The position numbers and the translations under genes are program-made. A stretch of 64,000 bases of DNA from Vitrella brassicaformis CCMP3155 (Eukaryota; Protista; Chromerida), in the NCBI GenBank assembly GCA_001179505.1, contig CDMY01001019.1, positions 1 to 64,000 of the forward strand. Reading direction: 5' to 3'. Shown here in pieces: positions 1 to 20,215 of the stretch. The notes below the pieces were generated by a model that had not been told where the DNA came from, made no database searches, and saw only the letters and a list, made by a program, of their open reading frames with translations. Within the stretch, counting starts at the first letter, position 1; each line of letters starts with the position of its first letter.

Positions 1-35
1 GGAGTTGGTCTGTCATTCAATCTTGACGCACCGAC

Positions 36-1467
36 CTGTTGCAACTCGGTGTTCTTTCGCTTGGCGTTTTCCTCGCCCCGCTTGTGCTCGTTGACTTGCC
101 GCTTCACAGTGGCGAGCTCAGCCTCCTTCTCCTCATACCGCTCTTGCAACTTCTTGTACTCTTCTGTGTCCATTGTGTTGCTCAGCTTCCTCAAGTCCTG
201 ACACCGACCAACCAAAGGGGACAAAACAAAAACAGCGAACAGACTCGTGTCTCTTGTGTGCGCTTGCTGAATGCGTGCGTACCTCGTTGGCGTTTCGCAG
301 CTGCTTCTGCAGCCGATCGACCTCCTCCTGCAGTTCCTCGATGAACTGCTGCTCGCCGACGCTCATTCTCTGCCGAGAGTTGGTGGTCAGCGACCCTCTG
401 CGGGAAGAAGGGCCCTTCTCTCTGGGCTCCTCCTCCTGACAAGCCTGCGATATCGCGATATATAAGCGATATGCGTGCCTCAATGTCCCCTCCGATATCT
501 CGTCGAGGTTTCCCATTGACAGTAGTCCGCTGTCCATTGTCGCGAACGCACTCTTCCGTCGCTGCTGCGAGGACCGACCTGACGCGTCAAGTCTCTGCCC
601 GGGACTGCGGTCCATGGCTGATACGTGAATGGACAGAGGACGCACCTGTTGGCGAAACTGCTCATTCTCACTCAGCAGCTGCGCGGCGATCTTGGCTGCG
701 AGCTCTTTATTGGCAGCACCAGAGGCAGAGGCTGCCGACTCTCGGCGGCTTGCGGCTGACTCTCCTTGAGACGACGTGAATGACTGCGAGAGGCCGCCGT
801 GCGAAGCCCCGCTGCCCTGCCGAGACGGCACACTGGTGATAGCCCTGCCCATGGCATCGAGGTCGCTGTGGCCGCTGGAATCCACGAAAGGAAAGGCCCC
901 GCCGTGCTGACTGCTGGAGGACACGACCTCACTCGTCCCTGCCCCGATGTCGCTGCCACTCCTTCCCAGACTCAGTCGAACACCCTTTCGCGGCGAGGGG
1001 CTGCCTGCTGTCGAGACGGTGAGGGGCTCTCGTTCAGAGGGGCTGAGGGTCGATGGCCTGCCCTTCAATGCTCGCTCAGGGAGGACACCCTCGAGAGTGG
1101 GGGGCACCACCTTGGGTAAACCGACCGTAACTCGCTTGGGCCGAACCGAGTCAGAAGGAGCAGATCCGCTGCTGCTCCGCTCTGCCATTCCTGCCAGGCT
1201 AAGGATGGGCGCTTGGGCGGGCGCCTCGGGCGGGTGCTCGGGCGACTCGAGGCTCAGCATCTGGTCAGTGCTCATGCCTCGCACTGTCCCTTTGGGATTC
1301 TCCTTCTCCTTCGTTGCAAATATGTCGGGGTAATTCCGCCTCAGGGTCCTGTCGATGTCCACCATGCTGTGGCGCAGCTCGTCCGCCGATGGAAGGCTGG
1401 TCATGTTGTGATGGGGAATGGGCATGGCTGAGCACGCTGTGTGACGGTCGGCGTTGCTGGGTATCAT
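36..1467 (-). CDS. Hypothetical Ser/Arg-rich low-complexity protein with C-terminal coiled coil (5' part; gene runs off the left edge)
   Basis: Long open first exon (283-1467) ends at a GT donor. The next exon (36-197) has AG/GT boundaries. Coiled-coil-like stretch EQQFIEELQEEVDRLQKQLRNAN. Confidence 0.7.
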
Positions 1468-2704
1468 TGGAAACGTTATTGTTGGCGCTGTTTACTTAAG
1501 TGCTGGGCTTTGCAAATGCTTTGCGGAATCCTCGTCTGCCCCCACTCAGCCCCCTGCGAGCTTGCATGCATTGCCTGGCAGCTTCTCCCCCCCCGCGTGC
1601 TCTCTTCACGACTGCCTTCCTGGCCTGGCAAGACGTAAGTATTATAGAATACACGACCACAGCTCTCTTTTGCAGTGACAAACATGAAGAGGGGAGCCAT
1701 CCAGCGCCGCGTGCATGCCAGTGCACGGTGCCACACCGGCAAGCTGCCAGATGGCGTCAACAGATCTCGCTCTTTCATCTCATTACATGTTCTCATTACG
1801 TGTTCTCATTGCGCAGGTGCTCTCAGCATCTGCGTGTCTCTTATGTTTCTTGTGTGCTAGTTACAAAAAGGACCCACAGCTCTTGATGTATTGATGGTGG
1901 CGGACAGACCCACTGGCTGTGTCTGTGTGTTTGTGTGTGTCGCTTTGTCCATCAGTAAGACTGAGATGGCATGGAAGTCCGCTACTCAGTTCGGTGGATC
2001 CGTGTAAACATTTAATTGGCAGGTCAACGTGAAGACGAAGAGTGTCAGCCACACACAGACAGACACCATGACCCATCAGCGGCCATGCAGCGATGCAGCC
2101 AGCCACAGAAAGGCAGCCGGCCTCCCTACTACCCCACCACCACACCACACCACACCACACCACACCGCACCACCACCACTTTCCGCCGCTGAATAAAAGC
2201 CACCACATATACACACACATCTTACACTGCTGGATGGATGGAACCCATCCATCCACCCACACACCCACCCACCCGTGGGAATGGATAGAATAAAAGTCAC
2301 GTCACCTTCTCGATAAACGCCCACACCCACACCCACCCACCCACACGCACACGGAAACAAAAACACCTGCATGGCATGAATCGAATCAGTCATGCACACG
2401 GGAGGGAAGAGGTAACTCACGAGCGGAAAAAGGCACCGCGTGAATGAGTGATATACAAAAGCAATCAATGGCCATGGGGCATGGCAACCATGGGCCTGTC
2501 TGTGTCTGTGTCCGAGGCAGTGTACACAAAATGCGTGTACCTGTCTGTACCTGTGTGTGTGTGAGCACATCCACCCACTCCCCCACCCACTCCCCCACAC
2601 CACCGACCCACATCTGTGTGACCTTCCCGTGACGCCCTTACACATGCACGGGAAGCAGCTTGTAGATAGACTTGTGTACAGGAGGACCTCCCCCCCCCCC
2701 CCCC

Positions 2705-3004
2705 NNNNNNNNNNNNNNNNNNNNNNNNNNNNNNNNNNNNNNNNNNNNNNNNNNNNNNNNNNNNNNNNNNNNNNNNNNNNNNNNNNNNNNNNNNNNNNNN
2801 NNNNNNNNNNNNNNNNNNNNNNNNNNNNNNNNNNNNNNNNNNNNNNNNNNNNNNNNNNNNNNNNNNNNNNNNNNNNNNNNNNNNNNNNNNNNNNNNNNNN
2901 NNNNNNNNNNNNNNNNNNNNNNNNNNNNNNNNNNNNNNNNNNNNNNNNNNNNNNNNNNNNNNNNNNNNNNNNNNNNNNNNNNNNNNNNNNNNNNNNNNNN
3001 NNNN
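2705..3004. other. Assembly gap (300 N) flanked by poly-C
   Basis: Run of N seen directly. Confidence 0.99.
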
Positions 3005-3069
3005 CCCCCTCGCACCCTTCAGGGACATACGATGGACGGGTGTGTGTGTGGTGGGTGTCATGTGTCATG

Positions 3070-3577
3070 GACGTATTTCCTCAGGCCTGCGGCCTGCTTC
3101 TGCTCGTAGCTGTGGAACGTGCTGCGCACACACAGACACACACACACACACACAATCCGACTCGTATGCCATCTCTCTCTCTCTCTCTGTGTGCTGTGTG
3201 TCCACAACCAAACCCCCACCTACCAGGGGTTGAGGTCCTCGTTGACGATCACCCGTAGGGAGCCCGTGTTGGACTCCGGCTGAGCGGGCAATGGGTGGTG
3301 CGGCAGCTGCTGGGGGGGCTGGGAGTGGCTGTGAGTGGTGTGGGTGTGGGGGCTCTCCTGCCGCTGACGACGGCTCTGCTCACGCTGCGGTGATGCCTCT
3401 TGCTGACGGGGGGCAGTGTCGTCCTGAATTCCATCCATCCATCCATGTGTGCAGGGGTCATGGGTGCGATTGGGTACCTACCTGTGTGGCCTCAATTCTG
3501 AGAGGTGACTGGTCGGCCTGCCGCTTGAGCCGATACATGTACCAGAACAACGCCCCGGCAAGAGCCAGCATCACCTG

Positions 3578-3609
<32 letters not shown>

Positions 3610-4638
3610 TGTTTGCAGACATATGCCTGTGGGTGTGTTGTGGTGTGGTGTGCTGCAAAGCGTACGAGTGCGATGCCCGCGACGATGGTGGGCATAACCC
3701 ACACGCGCTGATCGCGGTTGAGCGACTCAACCTTCACACGCACCTTACGGACCTCCTCCTCTGTCAACACAAAGAGGACCACACACAGAGGAGCAGACCC
3801 GTGTGCACATGGGCGCGCCTGTGTGTGAGTGTTTGTGTGCGAGTGTGTGTGTGCTTGCCTAAGCGTTCGAATGGCGACGTCGCGCCAAGGGAAGAGACCT
3901 CACCTGCAGACGACCGCACACACACACAAACAGGGAAATGAGGGACCATGCGTGTGTGCATCCCCCTCTCTCTCTCTGTGCGTGTGTGCGTGTGTGCGTG
4001 TCTTCATTTCATTCCTTCATACCGTCCTCACACGAAGGAGGCCCGGCAACGGCACCCTCATCTCTGAGAGGCCCGCCCCGTCTGCAGATGAGATGACACA
4101 CATACGGTGGCTGTGGATGGACACGGACACACGTGTTTGTTGTCCGTCCTTACCTGTCCTTCATGAGGGTGCAGATGCCGTGTGTGTACGAGAACCACGA
4201 GCAATCGTCCGTATGCATACACGCCTCCTGGCAGCTGCAATCTCACACACAATCACACACACGTGTCTGTCCAGACAACAACACACAAAGAGGGTGGGCG
4301 CACCTGACGGCCGTGTCGGCCAGAGTGAGAGTCTGCAGCCTGTCGCCCTCATAGCGCACGTCAGTCTCGAAACAACCTGCTCATACACACACACAGACAG
4401 ACAGCCACAGATACCCTGGTGGCCACCCACACCACACGAGAAGTCTCCCGATCTGCGCACTTGTCTGGTTGCCGCCGTCCTTGCCCACCGCACCAGACAG
4501 GGGATCTGCACACAACACACACCACCCACACCACACAACTCAGTTGCGCGCGCGTCCGTGATCTCTGAGGGCGGCTGACGTACCGGCGCGGCTGCCCAGC
4601 AGCAAAGTGGTGAAAGACACTAACGCGACCCTCCTCAT
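3070..4638 (-). CDS. Single PAN/Apple-domain type I transmembrane protein (3' end unresolved near the gap)
   Basis: Phase-consistent splicing gives leader MRRVALVSFTTLLLG, then PAN module SCFETDVRYEGDRLQTLTLADTAVSCQEACMHTDDCSWFSYTHGICTLMKD...AVAGPPSC, then TM VWVMPTIVAGIALVMLALAGALFWYMY, then RLKR and a Q/H/P-rich cytoplasmic tail. Confidence 0.8.
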
Positions 4639-4845
4639 TGGATGCGCTGCGTCGTGTGGCACTGCCAATGACTGCTTGAACCTTTTTCCCCTCTGCAAGC
4701 TCAGACAGCTCCAGACGCTGAGCTCGCATCTTGAGAAGGAGAGGCCGGACAAGGGCACACAGGGCAGACCAGACCACAGAAGGACAGCACCAGCACCACA
4801 GGCAGGTCATCGGTCGATCTGTGTGTGACACTAAATGTGTCACAC

Positions 4846-11786
<6,941 letters not shown>

Positions 11787-12669
11787 CACTCATTGCCGGC
11801 TGGCCATCCATCCAGCTTTACACACGTACAAACAAACGAGCCAACGAACACACTTGCCACAAAACCCCCCCTCTGTGTCTGCAGGAGCGCACCGAGAGAC
11901 ACACAGACAGACAGACAGACAGACAGCAGCGAGGCGGCGCGTGTGTCCACGCACGCCACGAAGCCGTCTGTCAGTCTGTCTGTCTGCTGCCGGACATTGA
12001 CCGAGTGAGTCAGTTCCTCAAGGGTGTGTGTTGTGCATTTTTATCTACACGTATGTATGTATCCGTATGTACCGATCCATCGATCGATCGGTATCTCCCC
12101 TGTACGTACGTACATGTGCGTATGTACGTATGTATCGATCTGTGTGGGTGGGTGTGAACCCTCCCTCCCGTCCCACCTCTCCCTCCCCCGCTGTCTGGCT
12201 GTCTGGCTGTCTGTCTGTCGTCATCCGTACCATGTGTGTGTACGTCACGTCTGTCTGTCTGTACGCTTAGTGTCTTCGCGTCTCTACGCGTGTCGTGTTC
12301 CCCGTACGTCTGACCCCAAACAAACAGAAAAACAAAGTAAGTGAGTGAGCCTGAGGCGCCCATGCCTCCCTCGTACGGTGTGCCCTGCCCCACTGACATG
12401 GTTGGTGTCATTGACTGACTGCGTGTGCTGGTATTATTATTTGTATGCATGTGCCGTGCCATGGGTGCCTCGGACAGACGGAGAGACAGACAGACAGACG
12501 GATGGCCAGTCAGTCAGTCAGCTGAGATTTAAGGACTCCTCTTCACCTACCTACACACAGTCACACACTCACTCTCTCACAGGTGTGGCCAGCCACGCAG
12601 AGAGACGGCCGGCCAGGACACAAGCACCGCCACATCAAGCCTTCAAATCGATCTTGCTGATGAAATAAC

Positions 12670-12690
12670 TTTAGGGTTTAGGGTTTAGGG
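12670..12690 (+). repeat. Interstitial telomeric repeat (TTTAGGG)3
   Basis: Three perfect TTTAGGG units seen directly. TTTAGGG is the plant/Plasmodium-type telomere repeat. Confidence 0.9.
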
Positions 12691-13218
12691 CACGCCGGCC
12701 GACGTGCAGGCCGCCAAGGACATGCTGGCCAACTGGCAGGGGGGGCTGGGGGGGCAGCTCGCGGGGGTGCATCGGTGCGGCGTGCAAGAGCCCAACACGC
12801 CGCCCCAGCGGCCGCCGAGTGAGTACTTTGTGCTGTGCCTAGCGCCCTTCATTGTAGTGACCGTCACCGACACAACAGCCCACGACGGATTCGACGCTGA
12901 GGTGCGGACAGTACTCACTCAGTGATCTGTCTGATGCTTGATTGGGTGGTTCCCTCCCTCCCTCCCTCCCTCCCTGGTCTGTTTGTCTGTGTTGGCTGTG
13001 CTGGGTCTATCATTTCATTGATTCAGGTTCGCATGGTGGGCGAGGACGTGTCGCGGTGCCGGGTGGGCTCTCTGGCTGACCTCAACCGTGTGCTGGACGG
13101 CCAGCACTCGGACAAGTACGCCGAGTACATCCGCCGCATCCGGCAGGCGGCCGCCCTGCCCGGCCTCACCGTCACCGTCACGACCAACCACAAATACCTC
13201 AACATGAACCTCCACTAG
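12689..13218 (+). CDS. Hypothetical protein, 3' three exons; 5' end unresolved at the telomeric repeat
   Basis: Phase-consistent exons GTPADVQAAKDMLANW...PPQRPP / PFIVVTVTDTTAHDGFDAE / VRMVGEDVSRCRVGSLADLNRVLDGQHSDKYAEYIRRIRQ...NMNLH*. Confidence 0.6.
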
Positions 13219-14092
13219 GTACGTACGTACAGGCAGGGGCCGATAGATTAATTAGACCATTACTGACAGTACATAATGCGGTCTGTGTGGTGTGCGTGTG
13301 TGTGTGGTCTGCCTGCCTGCCTGCAGTCGTGCACCTGACCTGCTGGAGTGACTGAGTGAGTTCATCTGTCTGTCGGTCGGTCGGTCGGAGGGAGGGAGGG
13401 AGGGACCGAGGGGCTGCAGGCAGCGGAGAGGTTGCAAGCTTGGGGCGGGCAATGGATGGTGCCTCTGGCATGCATATATGTGTAGCTAGGGTGGGTGGTG
13501 GTTGCCCTGCCCCTTTTGCAAACAACGTGACTGACTGAGTGAGTGAGTGAGGAAGGTCGATCGATCGACCGCTGTGGATAGCCGAGCCGGCCAGCTGGTT
13601 GGACGGACGGACGGACGGACGGACGGACACATCTATCTCTGTGCATACCTCCATGTAATGTTCACGTGTGTGTGTGCGTGTGGCGTGAGCTGTGCGTGTT
13701 GGTGGGTTGGAACGCTCATACACAAATACGGACGGATCCAGAAAATGACTTCCGTCAGTGCAGTTCTGCATCTCTTTCTCCAACCAGCGATTGATTCCTG
13801 GAACCCGGCCACACATATGGAATGACACCAGGGCGCCTGCCGGGCGAGTGCACTGCACGGCGCAGCTGGGGTTAGGGTATGTGGGGTCAGGGGTTTTGGG
13901 TCAGATCACAAAGGCGTGAGAGGAGAGATCCAACGCTGAAAACACGCATTTCCCTTCATTGCTGTCGTGCATCTGACAAGGCAGGGCGCAGATCTGACGC
14001 CAGCAGTGCTTGTCCGGCTCCGGGCGCTATCATCTCGCCACTGCGCTGGCTGTGTCTATATCATATCTCCCTGTCTGTCTGCCATCGTCACA

Positions 14093-15084
14093 ATGGAGAC
14101 CAGCGAGCGATACGACCGATTCATCAAGCGGAATGAGGTCGGTCGGCGAGGACAGCAGAATGGAATCTTTGTTTCCATCTGTGTGTGTGTGTGTGTGTGC
14201 AGACGGCGTGTTGTGAGCGGATGGCCACGGGCAGCACACAGACGACCCGACGGCGGGCGGCCAGCAGCGCAAACGCCGACAGCGCTAACCACCATCATGA
14301 CAGCGACATGGTCAACACGATGGGCTCGCCAGCCACTATCGTGAGCCTGTTCAACACACCTGTGTGTGGCTGTTGTGTCATGTGCAATGCATCGTGCAGG
14401 TGCGGACGCGCAGCGAGCCTATAGATCTGGACGATCTGGCGGACTTGGACACCAAGAGCAGCGACTCGGACCAGGAACACGTAGGCCGCAGAGACCTTCA
14501 GACGCGCACAGACACAGACACACACAGATGGATGGAGGGATGGGTTGACAGGGCTCGAACGACAAGCGAGTGCGCTCTTTTGGCCGCAAACGGACACGTA
14601 TGACACAGACAGCACACTCCGACACTCATGCACACCCGCCCCTTGTGCATGGCTCTGTGTGTGTGTGTGTGTCAGCCTTCCGTCTGCGCGGACCACCGCC
14701 CTCTGCGTCGCCGGCACACTCACAGAAGAGACGTACGCATTGCTGCACACACGCATATTGAAGTGCATTCATTACACACACGTGTGTGGTGGTATGTGGT
14801 GCTGTCTGAGTAAAGGCCCCACCCCGGTCTCCCTCCCCTCCATCGCGCGATCGCTCAGCGTCCCGGCGAAATCCAGAGCGAACAGACGGTCGGTCGGTCA
14901 GTCTGCTCTCTGCTGCAAACACACACGTGCTTGTATCTCTCATTGGTGTGGGGCTGTTTGGTGCAGTTGGCGTCAGCTGCGATGGGCTGCTGCTGCTGTG
15001 GAGCGGCTCAAGCGCCCCGAGATACACGTCGTCAACGACCTGGTGAGTGAGTGGCGCACCATTTATCTAATCGATCTGCACACG

Positions 15085-15118
<34 letters not shown>

Positions 15119-15898
15119 CGTCTACACAGAATGACTTGGTGGACGAGCACCCATCCGGGGCGACACAGCAGAGCGACTACCTGCAGCAAGCAGAACCGAG
15201 AATGGTACTCACTCATGGGCAGCAACACTGCCCCTCCGTGTGCATAAGAGCTGTGTGAGAATCTCCTTCCATGCATCCAGAGCACCTTCCAAGAGGCCCT
15301 GCACCACCATCGGCTGCAGCAGAGGCTGTTTGACGCCGTAAGCGCATCACATCAGTGACACAAACGTGCCCATCTCGTCTGGGTGCATGGGCGGTGTTTG
15401 GTGTGCATACCCACACGCAGGCCAGCAAGGGCCACGTCGGGGAGTGGCAGCAGATCTACAAAAACGACCCCTCAAGGAAGGTCTTCGACGTAAGTGGGCG
15501 AGGCCTGCACGAGTGCATAATCCATCCGTCAACGCATCCATTCCTCGTTGTCGCAGGGCACTAGTCGGTCGTCGACGATCAACGCCCACAACCAGTTCGG
15601 CTACACACAGCTGCACGTGGCCGCACAGGTGAGCACACACAGCTCTCCCGCCTCTGCTAGTCCATTGCATTGCGTGTGTGTGTGTGCAGAATGGTGATGT
15701 GGCCATGTGCACCTGTCTGCTGGAGCATGGAGCCGACGCGTCCATCCTCTCAAAGAACGTACGCACACACCTGCAGACACGTGTGTGTGGGATTGTGTCT
15801 GCTGCACTGCGTTCCTGCAGTCATCTGAGTATCCTCTGGAGACAGCTGCCAAGGTGAGAGAGAGAGAGAGAGAGAGAGAGAGTCATGTACTCGTACAC

Positions 15899-15933
<35 letters not shown>

Positions 15934-16307
15934 GGGGCCATGCTGATGTGGTGTCTCTGCTGCTGCAGCAAGCACCGGCCAGCACCACCACAAACAGCAA
16001 TAACACGGCCCTCCTTCGGTACAAAACTACGAGCGCAGGTCAACACCTGGGTGTTGCTGTGTGACGTGTGTGTGGTGTGGTGTGCAGGCGGGCTCTCCAC
16101 TTGGCCTCCAACGATAGAGTCCGGTCTGTGCTGCACAATCACGCCGGTACGAAGAGAACGGACCCACAGCAGCCGAAGGTCCTTGAAGGCACATTTGGGT
16201 GTCTGTCTGGCTGTCTGTCTGGCTGTCTGTCTGTGTGTCTGTCAGAGTCGCGGGGCATCAAGAGCAAGGTGCTGGTGAAGAGGCCCCAATGCTGCTGTGT
16301 ACAATAG
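14093..16307 (+). CDS. Ankyrin-repeat protein with C-terminal CaaX-like motif
   Basis: Spliced exons give NQFGYTQLHVAAQNGDVAMCTCLLEHGADASILSKN and YPLETAAKWGHADVVSLLLQ (ankyrin consensus). Ends KSKVLVKRPQCCCVQ*. Confidence 0.85.
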
Positions 16308-16805
16308 ACACACACACACATGGGGAGCAGGGGTGCAGCTGTGGGCGGCATGGCCGGCCGGCTGTCGGCTGTCTGTACAGCTTGGCTGGCGCGCTTTGGT
16401 GTGACATCCATTGGCCGTCGTTGGTATCCACCACGTGTGTGTGTGTGTGTGTGTGTTGAGATGGAGAGATAGACGTATCTGTGTGATTTATCTTGTGTGG
16501 GCATGTGAGGCCCTTCCTATTACTTCGGCGTCTGGCGATGTGTGAACAGACGAATGGGTTATGTGTGTGTGTTGGGTGTTGGTGAATTATGTGTGTGATA
16601 AGAATCCCATTTAGCTCGTCATACACCCTCCAGCCACACACACAGGCAGTCTGTCACCCCACTCAAACACGCCGCCGCTCCGCGCCATGACGCACACACA
16701 CCGTCCACCAACAAAGCAGTCAGTCAGTCTCTCTAACACACCTGCGGCAATGGCCAGACCGACAGGGAGGCTCTCTGTACACTCGAGAGTTGAAAGATGA
16801 ATCAG

Positions 16806-18242
16806 TCAGTCTAGGGCTATGTCCAGCCAGTTGCGGAACACCCTCTCTGCATCGGGCCCCATCACCTCACGCACCGCCTTCACTGTCTGGGGGAACCTGG
16901 CGGCTCCCTTCTTGCCATCCACCGGTCGCTCTGTCGTGTAGAGGCTGGCATCGGCAAAGGTGGGGTTGCTGCCGATGATGATGGTGATGTGGGTCTCGAA
17001 TGTCTGTCCTGGTTGGTCGCCATGGAGCACTATCATGCGGTGGAAGAGTCCTTCTCCCACCCTATGGCCCGTGCTGATGGTGTGGCGGCCCCAGATGGGC
17101 GGCTGCTGGATGGTCAGGTGCCGCTGAAGAGAAAGGCAGATTTGACAATGAGTGAGTGGGGCAGCTGGTGAGGTAATCGTGTTGGGCTGTGTGGCTGACC
17201 AGTCGGTTGTAGCGTGGGGCGTCGTTGTCCGGGTTGACATACTGGACCGCGACCGGCGACCCTCTATGACGCATCCTGGTCAGACACATCATGGCAGAGC
17301 GGTGCAGCCAATGTGGCCGTGTGTGTCACTCTGCTCATTTTTCTCACTCATCCAACACAGCGTCGCGAACTGAAGCATAGACATCACCTGCAAACAAACA
17401 CACGCGCACAACTAAATGATCCATTGCCCATAGCTCTGCCCCCCTCCCTCACCTAGAAACTCACACACGGGGTTGGCCTCGTCGTATCCATTGCGGAAGG
17501 GATGGTCGGCCGGCAGCGTCTGCAGAGGGCGAATGACCAGCAGCGCCCTACCCAGCCGCTCCTCGCCATTGCTGCGGCGCTCGAGCGTCACACCGATGTG
17601 GCGGCCGATGAGGGAGAGCTGCCGCAGCGCCTCACACCGCCCGTCGAAGACCGCCCGGCTGCCCACCCCCTCCACATCAGCACTGCTCAGCTCTATCGGC
17701 AACGTCACGCCTCCCCGCCCCTGATGCTTGGCCACTCTGATGATGGGCTCCCACGCCGCCCACTCGCCGCTGTTGTCGATGATGTACACCAGGTCCAGCA
17801 GCAGGTCGAGGGATGTCAGGTCAGGAAAGAGGGTGATGATGCCTTCGATGCCCTTGGCGGCCAGCTGGGCGTCTATTTTTTCCTTGACGCGCTGCAGGAG
17901 AGTGCTCTCGATGGTCTCCTTGTTATGGTGCAGCAGCAGCTGTTGCTGGGTGAGGGGGCCGCTGGCGATCTGTGCGATGAGTGCGCCTCTGTTGGCCCCC
18001 GAGCGGGCCACTTCGCTGATCAAAAAGGGTAGCAGCTCTTGAGGCCTGGTGGGGCGGCCGTGGCCCGACAGACATTGCCTGACGGGTAAAATGAACCAAC
18101 ATGAAGAGAGCGAAGAGCCACATCGAGGCACCGTGGCGCATTTTGTATCTCTGTGTGTGCGCCCTTCATTCACCTGTGGCTGCGGCAAGTCGGCTACATC
18201 AGCAGCAGCAGCAGCGGATGAAGATGACGCTGCAGCCGCCAT
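16806..18242 (-). CDS. Lineage-specific family A, copy 1 (hypothetical protein)
   Basis: Shares core YIIDNSGEWAAWEPIIRVAKHQGRGG...GSRAVFDGRCEALRQLSLIGRH...LPADHPFRNG and the C-terminal exon (QPPIWG...VLHGDQPG...TTERP) with the copies at 27.2-29.1 kb and 33.0-34.5 kb. Confidence 0.75.
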
Positions 18243-18849
18243 GCTAGGTCGAAAGGACTGCAAACAAGAAGACCAGAGGCACGCAGTGGATCCCATCCAT
18301 CCAGCCATCCTTCTCATCTCAATGCTCACCAACTCAGACGTGATTACGGTCCCTCAGCTTCTCATTGGTCATACGAGCTCCATTCGTTTGTTTGTTTTAG
18401 CTCGCGCGATGGGACCCGAGAGGTCCGCTGCAATGGGGCTGTAATCATGAGTCGACGTCGCACTACATGGAGCAGTCAAGCAGGTGACGCATCCAATACG
18501 CAAAACCATCTGATTCACACACGCATCTCACGCACACACATACTTATACCATGCGGCACCAACGGATCCACCATACAGACCATCGCCCCACACACACACA
18601 TGGATCCCACTGTCCGTCTGTATCCCTCCTGAACGGACACATTAATTGCCGGCCATAAAGCCATCCGCAATTCCTCCGAGCCGCTCACACATGCACCACC
18701 ATTTCAGCGGCACACGGCTCGCTGCCTCACTGACGGAAAAACACCAAACACCCGACTCACAAAATCTGCCGGACTGACCTTCATTACACCTAAACGAATG
18801 AACATACGACGAGAAAACCTGACGGCCTGCCTGACATCAGTCGATCACA

Positions 18850-19844
18850 TCACACGTCTTGTTTGTCGATGCCCTTGACGTCGATGGCCGGCTTGGGCTC
18901 CTTCTTGCCCTCGACCCGCTCGATGATCTGCTTCTCGGCCTCCCTTTCCAGGAATTCGTTGAGCCCTTTCGCCGTGTCGGCAAAGGCATCACCGAGATAC
19001 TGAGCACCGTGGTTCTCGGCCCACTCGGCAGCCGCGCGGTAGATCTGCTTCTTCTTGACCAACACCTCCATCGCTGCACCGATGTGACGAGGACAGAGAG
19101 AGAAAGGGCACATGGATTGACTGCAGCAGAGATGGGGTGGGTGTGTCGGTGCCCACTACTTACAGGGATTGGCCGAGTCGGCGTAGGTGTCGAATATCTT
19201 CTGCCAGGCGTCGCAGCGGCTCTGCCAGGCCCAGTAGCGACGCCTGGCGCGATAAGGGTCGCCACTCTCGGCTACTTGGTACTTGTCAGGATGGGCCGAC
19301 ATATCGGCCCACGCCTTGTTCAGCTCTCTCTCAGCTTGTTCGAACCTCTCAATGGTCTGGGTCCCTGCACCCCACCACACATGCACAGCCATCGATCTCT
19401 GCGTCAGTCGCACATCTGCGGCCGTGTTTGTGTGTCGCTCGATGACCGACCGTTGGGGTCAACTCGGCGCTGACGAATTGCGAGGATGTTGATGAACATT
19501 TCCCGGCGCCTCTCCAGCCTCTCGCCGAGCCCGATGGATGCAAAGTCCGAGTCAGTCCGGTTACGCCAGGCGTCGCCCGCCATTGCCCAGTAGGTGTCCA
19601 CCAGATACCAACACAACGTTGCTGCATGGACACACACACACAGACAGACAGACTCTCAGACAGACTCTCAGACAGACAGCCACTTTGAGTCTTCTAGCCA
19701 TTGGTGTAGAGCTGCTTCATCAGCATGTCCTTCATCGCGTCGTCGCCGTCAGCACCAGCGCGGGCCTTCCAGGGTGGGTAGCCACGGTCGCTGTCACGAT
19801 CACCGAAGACCGACTCGACCACTGCATCACACACAGACACACAG

Positions 19845-19875
<31 letters not shown>

Positions 19876-20215
19876 TGGACAGTCGCCCCTCAGACACGCA
19901 CTGGCTGGTGGTCTCTTACGTGCCTCTGGGGAGCCCTCCTTCCCATAGGGCATCTCCTGCACACAGCCATGACCAACACAAACACACAAACACATCACAC
20001 ACACTCTTTGAACACAGAGGAGATTCAATCTTCATATTCTTTCTCACCCATGCTGAGAGAATCGTCACGTGATCAGGGCGATGCCGCCGCAGATAGCCAT
20101 CACGGCGCAGCGGCCGAGGGGCAGGGGCAAGGAAGGCGCTCTTCGCCAGCTGCGACGAATCAGCGAGATCTGCGAGGAAGGCGAACAAGTGGAGAGCCGC
20201 CACCCACACAAACAT
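18850..20215 (-). CDS. Hypothetical protein with probable bipartite plastid-targeting leader
   Basis: Six phase-consistent exons. Leader MFVWVAALHLFAFLADLADSSQLAKSAFLAPAPRPLRRDGYLRRHRP (hydrophobic signal, AF motif, Arg-rich transit-like segment). Mature part helical and Trp-rich. Confidence 0.7.

Noticed and set aside
1900-2700. Possible continuation of the PAN-domain gene beyond the first gap
   Set aside because: The reading frame cannot be carried across 300 N, and no unambiguous exon set was found.
12040-12150. Palindromic TACGTA/ATCGAT-rich tract downstream of PKG
   Set aside because: Consistent with degenerate tetranucleotide microsatellites in the 3' UTR/intergenic region; no specific RNA structure could be supported.
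12670-12690. Chromosome end or subtelomere
   Set aside because: Only three repeat units, with ordinary genes on both sides.
13690-13860. Coding-looking minus-strand stretch (INRWLEKEMQNCTDGSHFLDPSVFVYERSNPP)
   Set aside because: No consistent flanking exons or recognisable motif; cannot be supported as a gene.
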